A stretch of DNA of 64,000 nt from Candidatus Parcubacteria bacterium (GCA_027450205.1 DAIDJL010000002.1:7870-71869), one strand, 5' to 3'. Positions 1-10,439 are shown, counted from the stretch's first letter. A program made the numbers and translations. Notes: generated by a model from the sequence alone, not told the origin.

Positions 1-1898
1 CTCCGGATCCCCGCAGCGACCGCCTCTTCCTTTGCGATCGTAAAATGCCCGATCTCGCCGGTGTGCGAAACGTGAGGACCGCCGCAGAACTCTATGGAGA
101 ACGCCTTATCGAACTGCGGATTTTCCAACGTCGCATCCTTCGGACCGATGGAGTATACCGACACCCGCGCCGGATACTTCTGTCCGAACTCGTGCTCGGC
201 GCCAAGCTTCTCCGCATCCTCAAGCGCCATCTCGCTGCGGATCACCGGCAGATCCTCCGCGATCTTCTCGTTCACGATCTTTTCGACGGACGCCTTTTGT
301 TCATCGGTCAGTTTCGCATCATGCAGATAATCAAGGCGCAGCCGCTCGCTTGTGATATTGCTCCCCCGCTGTTTGACCGTCGGCCCGAGCACCTGCTGAA
401 GTGCACGCAATAAGAGATGGTGTGCAGTATGCAAACGCACTGTCTTCTCCGATGTGTCCGCGAGACCGCCCTTGAACGTGCCGGCGGATGCGGTGCGGGA
501 AAGGTCGCGATGTTTTGTAAACTCGCGCTCGAATTCTTCTTTGTTCACCCGAATGCCTTTTTCCGTTGCAATCTCCTGCGTAAGCTCCCACGGGAATCCA
601 TAGCTTTGATAGAGATCAAACGCGTCCTTGCCGGTGATCATCCCCGCGCCTTTGCGCTTTTCGAACTCACGAAGCCCCTCGGCCACCGCTGCCATGAATT
701 TCCCGAACTCCTCATTGATCGCCATTGCGACCTTCTCTTCGTCTTCCGCAAGATTCTCATAGCTATCTTTATAAAACCCGGCCACCACCTTGACCATGGA
801 ATCCACCCATCCCTCCTTTGGCTTCACCGATAATGAAAATAACGCCGTCCTCCGAAGTAAACGACGCAGCACATATCCCTGTCCTTTATTAGATGGCAGA
901 ACACCGTCACCGACAAGGAATATTGCCGCACGAATGTGGTCCAAAATAATACGCGTCTTCCGCACGCCTTCCTCCGTCTCCATGATCGCGGGGTCGACTG
1001 CCAAAACATTCGCCATCGCATCAAATATGTCTATATGAAACACATCCGGATCGCCGATCGATGCGGCGGTGATGCGCTCCAACCCTCCGCCGAAATCCAC
1101 GTTCTGCTGGGAAAGCTTTTCGAACTGACCGTCCTCGCGCCTTTTGTATTCCATGAACACGCTATTGCCGATCTCCAAAAAACGGCCGCAATCGCAATTC
1201 GGATGGCAATGCGCGCCGAACGTTGCGTCGTGCCGGGGGCGGCCCGATCCATCATTTTCGCCGAAGTCATAGAACACTTCCGAATCCGGGCCGCCCGGTT
1301 CGCCCGCCGGCATTTTGGACGGCACACCTGCACGCGACCACCAGTTCTTTTTTACGTCGTATGAAAATATCCGGCCGCCCTGCATGCCGACGGCGCTTCC
1401 GTTCTCTTCCGAGCCGAGCGCGACGTACTTCGCGTCAATGTCCTTCGAATGGAAAAGATCCGTCCAGATGCGCACCGATTCATCGTCAGCGGGAATTTCC
1501 ATCTCCGAATCCCCCGCAAACACCGTCACATACAGATTCATCGGATCAAGTCCGACGCCGTCCTTCTTATCGGTGAGAAACTCAAAGAACCATGGAAGCT
1601 GCTCCTTTTTGAAATAATCGCCGAGCGACCAGTTGCCAAGCATCTCGAAGAACGTGGTGTGACGGTTGTCGCCCACCTCGTCAATATCGTCCGCGCGGAA
1701 ACTTTTTTGCGAGTCCGTAAGCCGGCGGCCTTCCGGATGCGGCTGGCCAAGCAGATACGGCACGAGTGGCTGCATGCCCGAGCTCGTAAAAAGCGTCGTC
1801 GGATCGTTCTCCGGCACGAGCGACGCCGAAGGGATCACGTTATGCCCCCGCGCGGCGAAAAATTTCAGATAGCGGGAACGAACTTCTGATAATGTCAT
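1..1898 (-). CDS. alaS: Alanyl-tRNA synthetase, N-terminal ~630 aa. The C-terminus lies beyond the window start. Not in the ORF track because it has no in-window stop.
   Basis: Manual minus-strand translation from the ATG at 1898 gives MTLSEVRSRYLKFFAARGHNVIPSASLVPENDPTTLFTSSGMQPL..., a class II AlaRS catalytic core. The frame stays open to position 1 (checked at 981-1100: QQNVDFGGGLERITAAS). Confidence 0.8.
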   Translation of the reverse strand, partial: MTLSEVRSRYLKFFAARGHNVIPSASLVPENDPTTLFTSSGMQPLVPYLLGQPHPEGRRLTDSQKSFRADDIDEVGDNRHTTFFEMLGNWSLGDYFKKEQLPWFFEFLTDKKDGVGLDPMNLYVTVFAGDSEMEIPADDESVRIWTDLFHSKDIDAKYVALGSEENGSAVGMQGGRIFSYDVKKNWWSRAGVPSKMPAGEPGGPDSEVFYDFGENDGSGRPRHDATFGAHCHPNCDCGRFLEIGNSVFMEYKRREDGQFEKLSQQNVDFGGGLERITAASIGDPDVFHIDIFDAMANVLAVDPAIMETEEGVRKTRIILDHIRAAIFLVGDGVLPSNKGQGYVLRRLLRRTALFSLSVKPKEGWVDSMVKVVAGFYKDSYENLAEDEEKVAMAINEEFGKFMAAVAEGLREFEKRKGAGMITGKDAFDLYQSYGFPWELTQEIATEKGIRVNKEEFEREFTKHRDLSRTASAGTFKGGLADTSEKTVRLHTAHHLLLRALQQVLGPTVKQRGSNITSERLRLDYLHDAKLTDEQKASVEKIVNEKIAEDLPVIRSEMALEDAEKLGAEHEFGQKYPARVSVYSIGPKDATLENPQFDKAFSIEFCGGPHVSHTGEIGHFTIAKEEAVAAGIR

Positions 1899-1940
1899 AA
1901 ATCCTATGGTAAACGAAAAATGCCGGTATTTCCAGCGTTC

Positions 1941-3239
1941 CTACAAGCTGTCGAATCCTTCCAGCGCAGCAGCTTTCCCGTGCTCGCGGATCTTCTCGAG
2001 CGCCTTCGCCTCGATCTGACGGATGCGCTCGCGCGTGACGCCGAACGCCTTGCCCACTTCTTCAAGTGTGTGACTTATACCGTCATCCAAACCAAAACGC
2101 ATCTTGAGGATCTGCTGCTCGCGCTCGGTAAGATCGATCATAATCTCTTTGATAAGGTCCCTGAGCATCGCGCGCGCGGTCAGCTGTGACGGCGTCGCGT
2201 TGCGCTCGTCGGGAATGAAATCGGACAGCGTGGAATCCTCCTCATCGCCGATCGGCGTTTCAATGGAGAGCACTTCCTGCGAGATCTTTTGGATGTGGCG
2301 CACTTTTTCCACGTCAATGCCCATTTCCGCAGCGATCTCCTCCGCGAGCGGATCGCGGCCCAGCTCCTGGATGAGCTGGCGGCGCACCTGCGTGTACTTT
2401 GAAATGGTCTCTACCATGTGCACCGGGATGCGCACGGTGCGCGACTGATCGGCAAGCGCGCGGGTGATCGCCTGGCGGATCCACCACGTGGCATACGTGC
2501 TGAACTTGAAGCCGCGGCGGTAGTCGAATTTTTCGACAGCGCGGGACAGACCGATATTCCCTTCCTGGATGAGATCGAGAATGCTCAAGTGCGGCGTGCG
2601 ATTGACGTATCGCTTCGCGATGGAAACTACCAAACGCAAATTCGCCTTCATTAAACGCTGACGCGCTTCTTCGTCGCCTTTCTCGGAGCGCTTCGCGAGT
2701 TCGCGCTCTTCGTCCTTCGATAAAAGCGGCGTCTTCCCGATCTCTTTTAAGTACATTTGCACCGCGTCCGGCACGTCGCCCTCGAACGCCATAGAGTCGT
2801 CGATCGTGTCGCTCTTTTCGTCCTTTGAAAAATCGATCAGCGCGCTCGTCTCGATCACTTTGATGCCCGCCTTTTCCAAGCGGTCATAGATCTCGTCAAG
2901 CAGATCGACATTGTCTTCGATCTTGGGGAAATAATAGAGGATCTCGTTGTCGGTCACAAAACCGCGCGGGCGGCCGCGCTCGATGAGCTCGTTGATCTCC
3001 GACGCATTGACCTTGATGGCCTTATCCAGCTTGGAAAGCGGCTTGCCCTTGCCCTTTTTTGCCGCCGGAGATTTTTTAACAAACTTCGACGCCAGACGTT
3101 TTACGCTGGCTTTGTTCGTCTTCTTTACCAATGCCTTTCCGGGCTTCTTTTTTAAAGCTTTCTTTGTTTTCTTCGCCATGTGGCTTTTTTTATCCGCTTT
3201 TTTTGCCGGCTTCCGAACGCCCTTCTTTTTTGAAGGCAT
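1941..3239 (-). CDS. rpoD: RNA polymerase sigma-70 factor RpoD, with a Lys/Ala-rich N-terminal tail.
   Basis: Regions 2, 3 and 4 are recognisable ([14 protein letters not shown]; [15 protein letters not shown]...TLEEVG). The gene follows dnaG as in the MMS operon. Confidence 0.9.
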   Translation of the reverse strand: MPSKKKGVRKPAKKADKKSHMAKKTKKALKKKPGKALVKKTNKASVKRLASKFVKKSPAAKKGKGKPLSKLDKAIKVNASEINELIERGRPRGFVTDNEILYYFPKIEDNVDLLDEIYDRLEKAGIKVIETSALIDFSKDEKSDTIDDSMAFEGDVPDAVQMYLKEIGKTPLLSKDEERELAKRSEKGDEEARQRLMKANLRLVVSIAKRYVNRTPHLSILDLIQEGNIGLSRAVEKFDYRRGFKFSTYATWWIRQAITRALADQSRTVRIPVHMVETISKYTQVRRQLIQELGRDPLAEEIAAEMGIDVEKVRHIQKISQEVLSIETPIGDEEDSTLSDFIPDERNATPSQLTARAMLRDLIKEIMIDLTEREQQILKMRFGLDDGISHTLEEVGKAFGVTRERIRQIEAKALEKIREHGKAAALEGFDSL

Positions 3240-3345
3240 GAGATATATACGATATCATCCTCTATTTCTTACGATTTTGCAAGGGATGCCTTGGTCTCTG
3301 CCTGCACTCTTTGAAACACCGGCGAAGACGGATTCAAAATAATTC

Positions 3346-5130
3346 TTACGCTTCCCCTCCGGGAAGCTTGCTCAACTCAGCAAGCGCGGCTTCGAGCTCG
3401 GACTGATTGCCACGCGCTTCGGCGTTGCGTACCGCGAGCGAGAGGATCTTGCGCCGCTCTTTATAATATTCCCTCGCAAGGCCGTCTTTTATTACCGCGA
3501 TGTCCTTGTCGGAAAGTTCGCTCGCGGCGGTCGGATCGCGAAGCACAATAAGGTTCACGATAGCGTCGAGTGTGGCGTCGTCACTCCTGCGCTCGCCGCG
3601 CTTTAATAGAGCGAAGATCTCTTTTTGCGCGGGAGTAAAGAATGCGACACAGTCCTCTATGAATGCGAAGTCATTGCGCGCGAGCGCGATGGCGAAGAGG
3701 TCCTCTGCTATAAGCTCCTGGCGCGAAACCTGGCGTTTGGGAGCCTGCTCGTCCTGTCCGGCCATATTGTTCGTGGTGGAGGGAGTTGGCGCTGCGTATT
3801 GTGTGGCCGCCGACTTCTCTCCCTCGTCCTTGAGCGTCGCTTCATCAACCCCCGTGCGCTTGGCAAGTTCCTTCATCCAGAAATCCCGTTCCACCGGACT
3901 CGCGATATTCCGCAGCTTTAATAACACCGTACGCAATTTACCGAGACCCTCGCGCGTCGTGAATGCGGCGGGGTCAGACGACGTTGCGCCCGGCGCGAGC
4001 GGCGGCAGATATTTTTCAAAATAGAAAACCGGCGCCGTCACCGCCGCGGCCACTGTCGTGCGTACATTCTCCGGATCCGCTTTCGCCGCATCCGCCGCAT
4101 CCTTGAAACCACGATACGTCGCCACCTTCACCGAAAAATCATTCGCTTCAGCGAGGTCGATCGCGCGCTCGGCGGCGTCGGAGCCGGCAATGTCCGAGTC
4201 AAAACATAAAATGACCTCGTCCGCCAGGCGCCGCACGGAACGCAGGTGGTCGGCGGTGAGCGCGGTACCCGATGACGCGATCACATTGCGCACGCCGCTC
4301 TGGTAGCTCATCAAAAAATCCATCTGGCCCTCCACGAGCACGGCGGTCTTCACCTCGCGGATCGCGTCCCTGCTCTTCCAAAACCCGTAGAGCAGGCGCG
4401 ACTTCTGGAAGATCGGCGTCTCCGGACTGTTCACGTATTTTGCGGTCACGTACGCAGCCTTCGGATCGTTCGACGTATCGAACTGCGGAAGAATGCGGCC
4501 AGTGAAGCCGACCACCTTGCCAAGATGGTTGTGGATCGGGAACATGACGCGGCCGCGGAACCGGTCGAGCATCATCCCCCGCTCCGTCTTTATGGACAGG
4601 CCGGCCTGCAGGAGGTCCTGTGGCGCGGCGCCACCGTTCAAAAGATGCATTGAAAGATCCTCCGGTTCGTTCGCCGCCCAGCCAAGCTCGAACTCCTCTA
4701 TGGTGGCCGGCGTAAGCCCGCGCTCCGCCAGATATTGCTTGACGATCGGCGCCGCCGAGAGCGCCTTCACGTAAAAATTTTTTGCCGAAGCGTTCAGATC
4801 GTAAAGCAATCCGGTATAGCGGTATTCGGCGGGATTCTCGTGCCGCAGTTCGACTCCCGCTTTTTCCGCGAGCATGCGCAAAGCCTCGCCGAATTCCATA
4901 TTCTCGTACTTCATCACAAAACCGAAAATGTCGCCGTCCGCGCCGCAGCCGAAACAGTGGAACCGCTGGCGCTCGGGCGAAATGCTGAACGACGGCGATT
5001 TCTCATGGTGGAACGGACAGAGCGCTTTGAAATTCTTGCCCGCGGGCGTGAGCGTCAGATACCCGCGGAGAAAGTCCACGATATCAAGCTTGCTCTTTAT
5101 AAGTTCGGCGGTGGATGATGGCATGGTCAC
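3346..5130 (-). CDS. dnaG: DNA primase
   Basis: Zinc finger CPFHHEKSPSF...CFGCGADGD and a TOPRIM region (VLVEGQMDFL...CFDSD). Confidence 0.9.
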   Translation of the reverse strand: MTMPSSTAELIKSKLDIVDFLRGYLTLTPAGKNFKALCPFHHEKSPSFSISPERQRFHCFGCGADGDIFGFVMKYENMEFGEALRMLAEKAGVELRHENPAEYRYTGLLYDLNASAKNFYVKALSAAPIVKQYLAERGLTPATIEEFELGWAANEPEDLSMHLLNGGAAPQDLLQAGLSIKTERGMMLDRFRGRVMFPIHNHLGKVVGFTGRILPQFDTSNDPKAAYVTAKYVNSPETPIFQKSRLLYGFWKSRDAIREVKTAVLVEGQMDFLMSYQSGVRNVIASSGTALTADHLRSVRRLADEVILCFDSDIAGSDAAERAIDLAEANDFSVKVATYRGFKDAADAAKADPENVRTTVAAAVTAPVFYFEKYLPPLAPGATSSDPAAFTTREGLGKLRTVLLKLRNIASPVERDFWMKELAKRTGVDEATLKDEGEKSAATQYAAPTPSTTNNMAGQDEQAPKRQVSRQELIAEDLFAIALARNDFAFIEDCVAFFTPAQKEIFALLKRGERRSDDATLDAIVNLIVLRDPTAASELSDKDIAVIKDGLAREYYKERRKILSLAVRNAEARGNQSELEAALAELSKLPGGEA

Positions 5131-5158
5131 GCGATGATCGTTGTCTGAATCTTACGCC

Positions 5159-5204
5159 AAAAAAAATGGCGCCGCAATCGGACCGCGAGGCGCATTTTTT
5201 ATTT
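5159..5204. terminator. Imperfect hairpin flanked by an A-run and a T-run; a bidirectional terminator candidate downstream of the CAP-domain gene.
   Basis: Sequence aaaaaaaatggcgccgcaatcggaccgcgaggcgcattttttattt. Confidence 0.35.
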
Positions 5205-5208
5205 ATTA

Positions 5209-6324
5209 TTATATGACCGTCGCGTGCAGAAACCCGATGTTCTGGTTCAACACAATGCACAGTCCCGCCACTACGATCACAACCAGCCCGCCCAGGATAA
5301 GCCGCGGATATTGCACGCGGATATTGATGAACGTATTGAGCGCGATTGCGATCAGGAAAAGAACCATTAAGAAAAGATAAAAACCGTTCGCCAGCGCTTT
5401 CGGATTTGAGAGAAGCTGCTGGACGACATTGCTCTGCGCGACCGGGGCGGGCGATGCCTGCACGGGAGTCGCCGTCGCGGGAACCGGCGTCGGCTGGTCT
5501 GTCTGGGCGCTCGCGCCCCTTACCGCGACAAAGCTTTGCTCCGAGCTTGTGGTCTGTGAGTCCTGCATCGCAACCACCGTCGGCACGGCCGCGATCGGAG
5601 CGGGTTTTTTTATTTTTACCGGCGCAATGGCAGCGATCTTTGCCGGTGCCGGCGGCGGCGCCGCTGAGGGAGCCGTCGCGGCATTCGCGGTATTTACGAA
5701 CGCGACCGGAGCAATGGCGGGAGCCGGAGTACCGAACTCCTCCACCACATACGTGGCAGGCTGGCCGTTATAAATCCCCTGCGCGGTGGCAATGCCGATC
5801 TGCGTATAATTGGTATCCAAAATATTCGCGCGGTGCTCCGGGGAATTCATCCATGCGTTCGTTACGTCCTGCGAATCGGAAAAATTCACGGCAAGATTCT
5901 CTCCTGCGTAATCAAAATTGTATCCGACCTGCTCGAACCAGTACCATGGCGTGAGTCCCTGGGGGCTTGTGTGTGCGAAATACCCCTTCGTCGCCATATC
6001 ATTCGCTTTCTCCTGCGCCGCCGCCTGAAGCAACGGGCTCACCTGGAGATCGGGCAGGCCGTCCGCTACGCGGTTCTGATTGGTTTCATCCACAAGCGCG
6101 TTCGCTTCCACAATACCGAACAATTTTGACTGCGGAATGATGTACTTCGCGCCGAAGACGAATACCGACTCGGCAACAAGCGCGACCATGCATACGAATG
6201 CGATCGTCCGTGCCCGCAAAATATGCGGTTTATGGTCGTTCCCCTCGTGCGGAATGAAATAATTCTTGGCCGCCCGCTTGACCCTTTTCATGATATATAT
6301 TATATCATATTTCCCCAATAACAC
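5209..6324 (-). CDS. CAP/SCP (PR-1/YkwD-like) domain protein with N- and C-terminal TM segments and an Ala/Pro-rich linker.
   Basis: CAP motifs GYFAHTSPQG, GENLA and HRANIL. The true start may be the internal MKRVKRAAK. Confidence 0.6.
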   Translation of the reverse strand: MLLGKYDIIYIMKRVKRAAKNYFIPHEGNDHKPHILRARTIAFVCMVALVAESVFVFGAKYIIPQSKLFGIVEANALVDETNQNRVADGLPDLQVSPLLQAAAQEKANDMATKGYFAHTSPQGLTPWYWFEQVGYNFDYAGENLAVNFSDSQDVTNAWMNSPEHRANILDTNYTQIGIATAQGIYNGQPATYVVEEFGTPAPAIAPVAFVNTANAATAPSAAPPPAPAKIAAIAPVKIKKPAPIAAVPTVVAMQDSQTTSSEQSFVAVRGASAQTDQPTPVPATATPVQASPAPVAQSNVVQQLLSNPKALANGFYLFLMVLFLIAIALNTFINIRVQYPRLILGGLVVIVVAGLCIVLNQNIGFLHATVI

Positions 6325-6349
6325 AATACCCCCGTTTTACGGGGGTATT
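6325..6349. terminator. Perfect 10-bp stem hairpin (aatacccccg / cgggggtatt) downstream of the giant surface gene.
   Basis: Inverted repeat read directly from the sequence. Confidence 0.5.
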
Positions 6350-6380
6350 GTGCCGCCATGAGCGGTCCTATCCGGGACGA

Positions 6381-9300
6381 TTACTCGCCCGTGTCCACCT
6401 TCAATGCCGGAACCGGCAGATTGAGCGGAGGGCACATGATGAGATTGATCCACCGCTGCGTCGTTTGATAGACGTAACTCGTTGGAGTGAATTGCGTCGG
6501 GAGCCCCAATGGGAGCCACGGCGCAAGCACTTCAGTGTGGTATTTCACCTGGAATTGGTTCACCGCCGCGATCGTCTGATCGCCGTAATAACCTGTGATC
6601 GGCAAGTGCAGTCCAAGATTCTGGTTAAGGAATATTTGGAGCTTCTTTACCTGTGCCGGATCGTTCAGGTCTTTGCGGATCGGGTGGATGTAAGAAGTGA
6701 GATACAGTCCGCAGCTTGCGCCGAGAACCTGGCCCGTACTCGTGCTTGCGCCGAGAACCTGGCCCCCACCACCTCCTCCGCCGCCGCCGCCACCACCGCC
6801 GCCGCCGACATTAATGGTCACGCTCGAGGAATTGTTTCCGGAAAGCGGATCAACTACGGTCGGCGATTCGTGCACCGTAGCGGTGTTTGTGATCGCTGTC
6901 CCGTTCGCCGCGGTAACTGTTGCGGTGATCGTGAGCGTGGCACTCGTGCCATTGTTCATCGTACCGATCGTCCAGATCCCCGTCGAGCTCGCGTAGGAGC
7001 CTTCCGACGAAGTTGCTGAAACGAAGGTGACGCCCGAGGGCAGAGTGTCATCCGCCACCACGCCGAACGATGCTGACGGGCCGGCTGCGGTCACGGTCAA
7101 TGTGTAATGGATGGTGCTGCCCGATGCCGGGTTCGCGTTGTCCACCGTTTTCACAATGCCGATCTCCGCGCTCGGCGTATTACCGCCGCCGCCACCCCCG
7201 CCGCCGCAATTGCTGGTACAAGGTGCGGCCTGGACATTGAGCGTCACCGACGAACTGTTGTTCGCGGGATTCGGATCAATGACCGATGCGAGCGTCGAGG
7301 AAACGGTCGCGGTATTCGTGATCACGGTACCCGCCGGAGCGGAAACCTCTGCCGCGATGGTCAACGTTGCCGTTGCGTTCGGAGCAAGGGCGCCGATCGT
7401 CCATACGCCGGTACCGAGATTATAGCTCGTGCTTGCGGTCGTCGTCGCCGCGATCGTTGCCAGTCCCGCCGGCATCTGATCGAGCGCGCTGATCATGGAA
7501 TCCGTCGCGGGGCCGTTATTGGTCACAACAATGGTGAAGTTCACATTGCTGCCCGTCACCGGGTTCGCATTGTCCACCGTTTTTACGATGGCCAGATCTG
7601 CCTGGTTCGATGACGAAGCATTGCCGACCACGGTCGTTGCTTGCGCAATATTATTCGCCGTGTTCGTATCCGTCAGAGTCGATGACTCGCCGATGGTCGC
7701 CTGGTTCGTGATCGTGGTGCCGGCAGTGCCTGTCGCATTCACGGTCGCGGCGATCTGCAGGGTTGCAGTCGCGTTCGGCGCAAGGGTGCCGATCGTCCAG
7801 GTTCCCGTCGTGCTGTCATACGTCGTACTGGCCGATGTGGTCGCATTCACGAACGTAAGTCCGGAAGGCAACGTGTCGGTTGCAACGACGCCGGTCGAAG
7901 GCTGAGGGCCGAACGCCTTCGCAGTGATCGTGTAATGGAGCATATCGCCCGGAAGGGTTGACGTTGCATCCACGGTCTTCGTGATGGCGATGTCGGCATC
8001 ATTGCCGCCGCCTCCGCCGCCCTGCACCGTGATCGGAACAGTCGAGGAATTATTCCCTGGGTTGTTATCGATCGTGCTGGTGGATTCGGAAACGGTGCCG
8101 GTGTTATAGATGGTGGTCCCGGCCGTGCCGGAATTCACCGTCGCTGCGATTTTCAAGGTTGCGGTCGAGCTTGCGCTCATGTCGCCGATCGTCCAGATCC
8201 CCGTCGAGCTCGCATAGGAGCCTTCCGACGAAGTTGCTGAAACGAAGGTGACGCCCGAGGGCAAGGTATCGCTCGCCACGACGCCGGTCGAGGTCGCGGG
8301 GCCGAGTGCGGCAACCGTCAACGTGTAATTGACCGTATCACCGACGCTCGGATTCGCGTTATCAACCGTTTTCGTAATGGAGATGTCCGCCGAAGGAACC
8401 GTGGTGGTCGCCGTCGGCACGTTCCACGCCACGCAATAATATGTGCCGCCCGCCGCCGGCGAGACAACCCGATCATAATTGTCGTAGTTGAGCACGTCGG
8501 TATGGCAGAACATTTCAGCGCTCGTGGTGCTGTTCACCGCATGTCCCGGATAGAAACTGAAAGGGATATATCCGGATTGCAGATCCTCGCGCACCCAGAA
8601 ATTCGAGGTGCTGGTCGGATTCGCGATCTGGACGGTCGCCTGTCCGTTGCTATTGGTCGGGCCGAAGGTATTCCATCCGGTGGAGGTCGGCGCGCTGCCG
8701 ATAAAATCGCCTCCAACGTTCGGGTCGGCCACGGACGAATTGCCCCACTGGAACTGCCATCCTGACGCCACGTGGCATTCGGGATGCGCCGCAATGAAGT
8801 TCGCCGCCGTGCTTGAGGTGATGACCGCTCCCGTGCCGGAAAGGTACGGAAGGTCGGACACGCTCGGACAAACGATCTTTGTCGCAACGATGGTCGCCGA
8901 CGGTGTCGATGTCGGCACGGTCTGCACGAAGATCGAGACGCTCGAACTGTTGTTCGCGAGGTTTGGATCGGTCGTGCTGGCGGATTCGCCGACGGTCGCG
9001 GTGTTCGTGATGGTGGTCCCGGCCGTGCCGGAGTTCACCGTCGCTGCGATTTTCAAGGTCGCGGTCGAGCTTGCGCTCATGTCGCCGATCGTCCAGATCC
9101 CCGTCGAGCTCGCGTAGGAGCCTTCCGACGAAGTTGCTGAAACGAAGGTGACGCCCGAGGGCAAGGTATCGCTCGCCACGACGCCGGTCGAGGTCGCGGG
9201 GCCGAGTGCGACAACCGCGACGGTGTAATGCACGGTCGCGCCTTCGGTCGTCGACGTCACGTCAGCGGTCTTGCTGATCGAGAGGTCGGCGGACTGAGGC

Positions 9301-10166
9301 GTGGAGCTTCCGACGATGATCGTCGCGTCGCCCGAGACTGCGGAGCTTTGTGTGCACGAACTTCCGGGATAGTTGATCGTCGGAGTATTCGTGATCGTCT
9401 GCCCCGCCGCGCCCGCACCCACCATCGCGGTGAGCGTAAGCGACTCGCCCGAGAGCGCGCCGTTTACCGTGCCGAGATCCCAGATCCCCGTCGAGCTCGA
9501 ATACGTTCCGATCGAAGGATGCGCGGAAACGAATGTCAGTCCTGCGCCAAGCTGGTCGGTCACGGTAATGTCCGTCGGCGCGGTGGCGCTGAACGAACCG
9601 TTGTTCAACGTATAGGTGATCGTATCGCCCACTTTCGGAGCCGCGTTATCCACGCTATCCGTCAATGAGCCCGATACAGTGCACGAACCGCCCGTCCCGC
9701 CGGTATACGTCGCCGTCACCGTGCAGGTGTTCGCATCTCCGTTTGCGACCGTAGCGGAGCAACCGGATGAATACGAAACGGAATAGTTCGCGGGGGCAGA
9801 GGTCACTTTGACCTGGTATTGCTCCGGATCAAGATTGACCAATGTTCCCGACGCCGACCCGTTGAAGACATACGTGTCACCGTAGTAGGTGCCACTGCTC
9901 TCATCGGTAAGGGTCAGCTGGAAGTTCGAAGGGGTCGCGGTCCCGCCGCCGGTATTCACGACGTTCACAATGGTGGTAACACTGGAACACCATGAGCCGG
10001 GGCTGCAAAACCACGCATGCGCGCTGGGGACCATTGATCCGCCGGCAAGCATGTTCCCTCCGAAAAGGATCGCACCCGCAAGAAGAAGACCGAGAGCCAC
10101 CGTTGAAACAGCGCTCTTTGGCCCCTTTTTTGCGGAGCTGAGAAACTTTCGAATGAAATAATCCAT
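6381..10166 (-). CDS. Giant secreted surface protein: signal peptide, about 8 DUF11 ('conserved repeat domain') units, poly-Gly linkers and a C-terminal PG_binding_1-like domain.
   Basis: Repeated ~100-aa units (DxSITKTVD...TLPSGVTFVSATSSEGSYASSTGIWTIG...TATLKIAATVN...TITNTATV). Tracts of G16, G10 and G7. C-terminal ITGYYGDQTIAAVNQFQ matches the peptidoglycan-binding motif. Confidence 0.8.
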   Translation of the reverse strand: MDYFIRKFLSSAKKGPKSAVSTVALGLLLAGAILFGGNMLAGGSMVPSAHAWFCSPGSWCSSVTTIVNVVNTGGGTATPSNFQLTLTDESSGTYYGDTYVFNGSASGTLVNLDPEQYQVKVTSAPANYSVSYSSGCSATVANGDANTCTVTATYTGGTGGSCTVSGSLTDSVDNAAPKVGDTITYTLNNGSFSATAPTDITVTDQLGAGLTFVSAHPSIGTYSSSTGIWDLGTVNGALSGESLTLTAMVGAGAAGQTITNTPTINYPGSSCTQSSAVSGDATIIVGSSTPQSADLSISKTADVTSTTEGATVHYTVAVVALGPATSTGVVASDTLPSGVTFVSATSSEGSYASSTGIWTIGDMSASSTATLKIAATVNSGTAGTTITNTATVGESASTTDPNLANNSSSVSIFVQTVPTSTPSATIVATKIVCPSVSDLPYLSGTGAVITSSTAANFIAAHPECHVASGWQFQWGNSSVADPNVGGDFIGSAPTSTGWNTFGPTNSNGQATVQIANPTSTSNFWVREDLQSGYIPFSFYPGHAVNSTTSAEMFCHTDVLNYDNYDRVVSPAAGGTYYCVAWNVPTATTTVPSADISITKTVDNANPSVGDTVNYTLTVAALGPATSTGVVASDTLPSGVTFVSATSSEGSYASSTGIWTIGDMSASSTATLKIAATVNSGTAGTTIYNTGTVSESTSTIDNNPGNNSSTVPITVQGGGGGGNDADIAITKTVDATSTLPGDMLHYTITAKAFGPQPSTGVVATDTLPSGLTFVNATTSASTTYDSTTGTWTIGTLAPNATATLQIAATVNATGTAGTTITNQATIGESSTLTDTNTANNIAQATTVVGNASSSNQADLAIVKTVDNANPVTGSNVNFTIVVTNNGPATDSMISALDQMPAGLATIAATTTASTSYNLGTGVWTIGALAPNATATLTIAAEVSAPAGTVITNTATVSSTLASVIDPNPANNSSSVTLNVQAAPCTSNCGGGGGGGGNTPSAEIGIVKTVDNANPASGSTIHYTLTVTAAGPSASFGVVADDTLPSGVTFVSATSSEGSYASSTGIWTIGTMNNGTSATLTITATVTAANGTAITNTATVHESPTVVDPLSGNNSSSVTINVGGGGGGGGGGGGGGGQVLGASTSTGQVLGASCGLYLTSYIHPIRKDLNDPAQVKKLQIFLNQNLGLHLPITGYYGDQTIAAVNQFQVKYHTEVLAPWLPLGLPTQFTPTSYVYQTTQRWINLIMCPPLNLPVPALKVDTGE

Positions 10167-10319
10167 TCTTTTTTAATATTTATTTTTAAGACCTTTGATG
10201 TATATAAAATTATCAAAGGGCCCAAAAATGTATTTGTGAAGGTGCGATTTTGAACAAACTAACTGCACTGGTTATACAATAAAGACATCAAATATGCAAC
10301 ACGCATGCGGATAAAAACA

Positions 10320-10349
10320 TTGACATTTAATATAAGAATATGCTATATA
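10320..10349 (+). promoter_or_regulatory. Sigma-70-like promoter (TTGACA, 18 nt spacer, TATATA) in an AT-rich gap, upstream of the 10440 gene.
   Basis: Hexamers and spacing read from the sequence. Confidence 0.4.
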
Positions 10350-10357
10350 ACAAGCAC

Positions 10358-10386
10358 CTCGCAGGGGATCAAAAAATCCCCGCGAG
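10358..10386 (+). promoter_or_regulatory. 5'-terminal stem-loop in the leader of the 10440 gene (ctcgcagggga-N8-tccccgcgag).
   Basis: 10/11-bp inverted repeat immediately after the predicted -10. No U-tract follows. Confidence 0.3.
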
Positions 10387-10439
10387 AGCAACCGACAGCA
10401 TCCTTGAAAACAGAAAACTACGGAGTATGAGGTGTTGAG

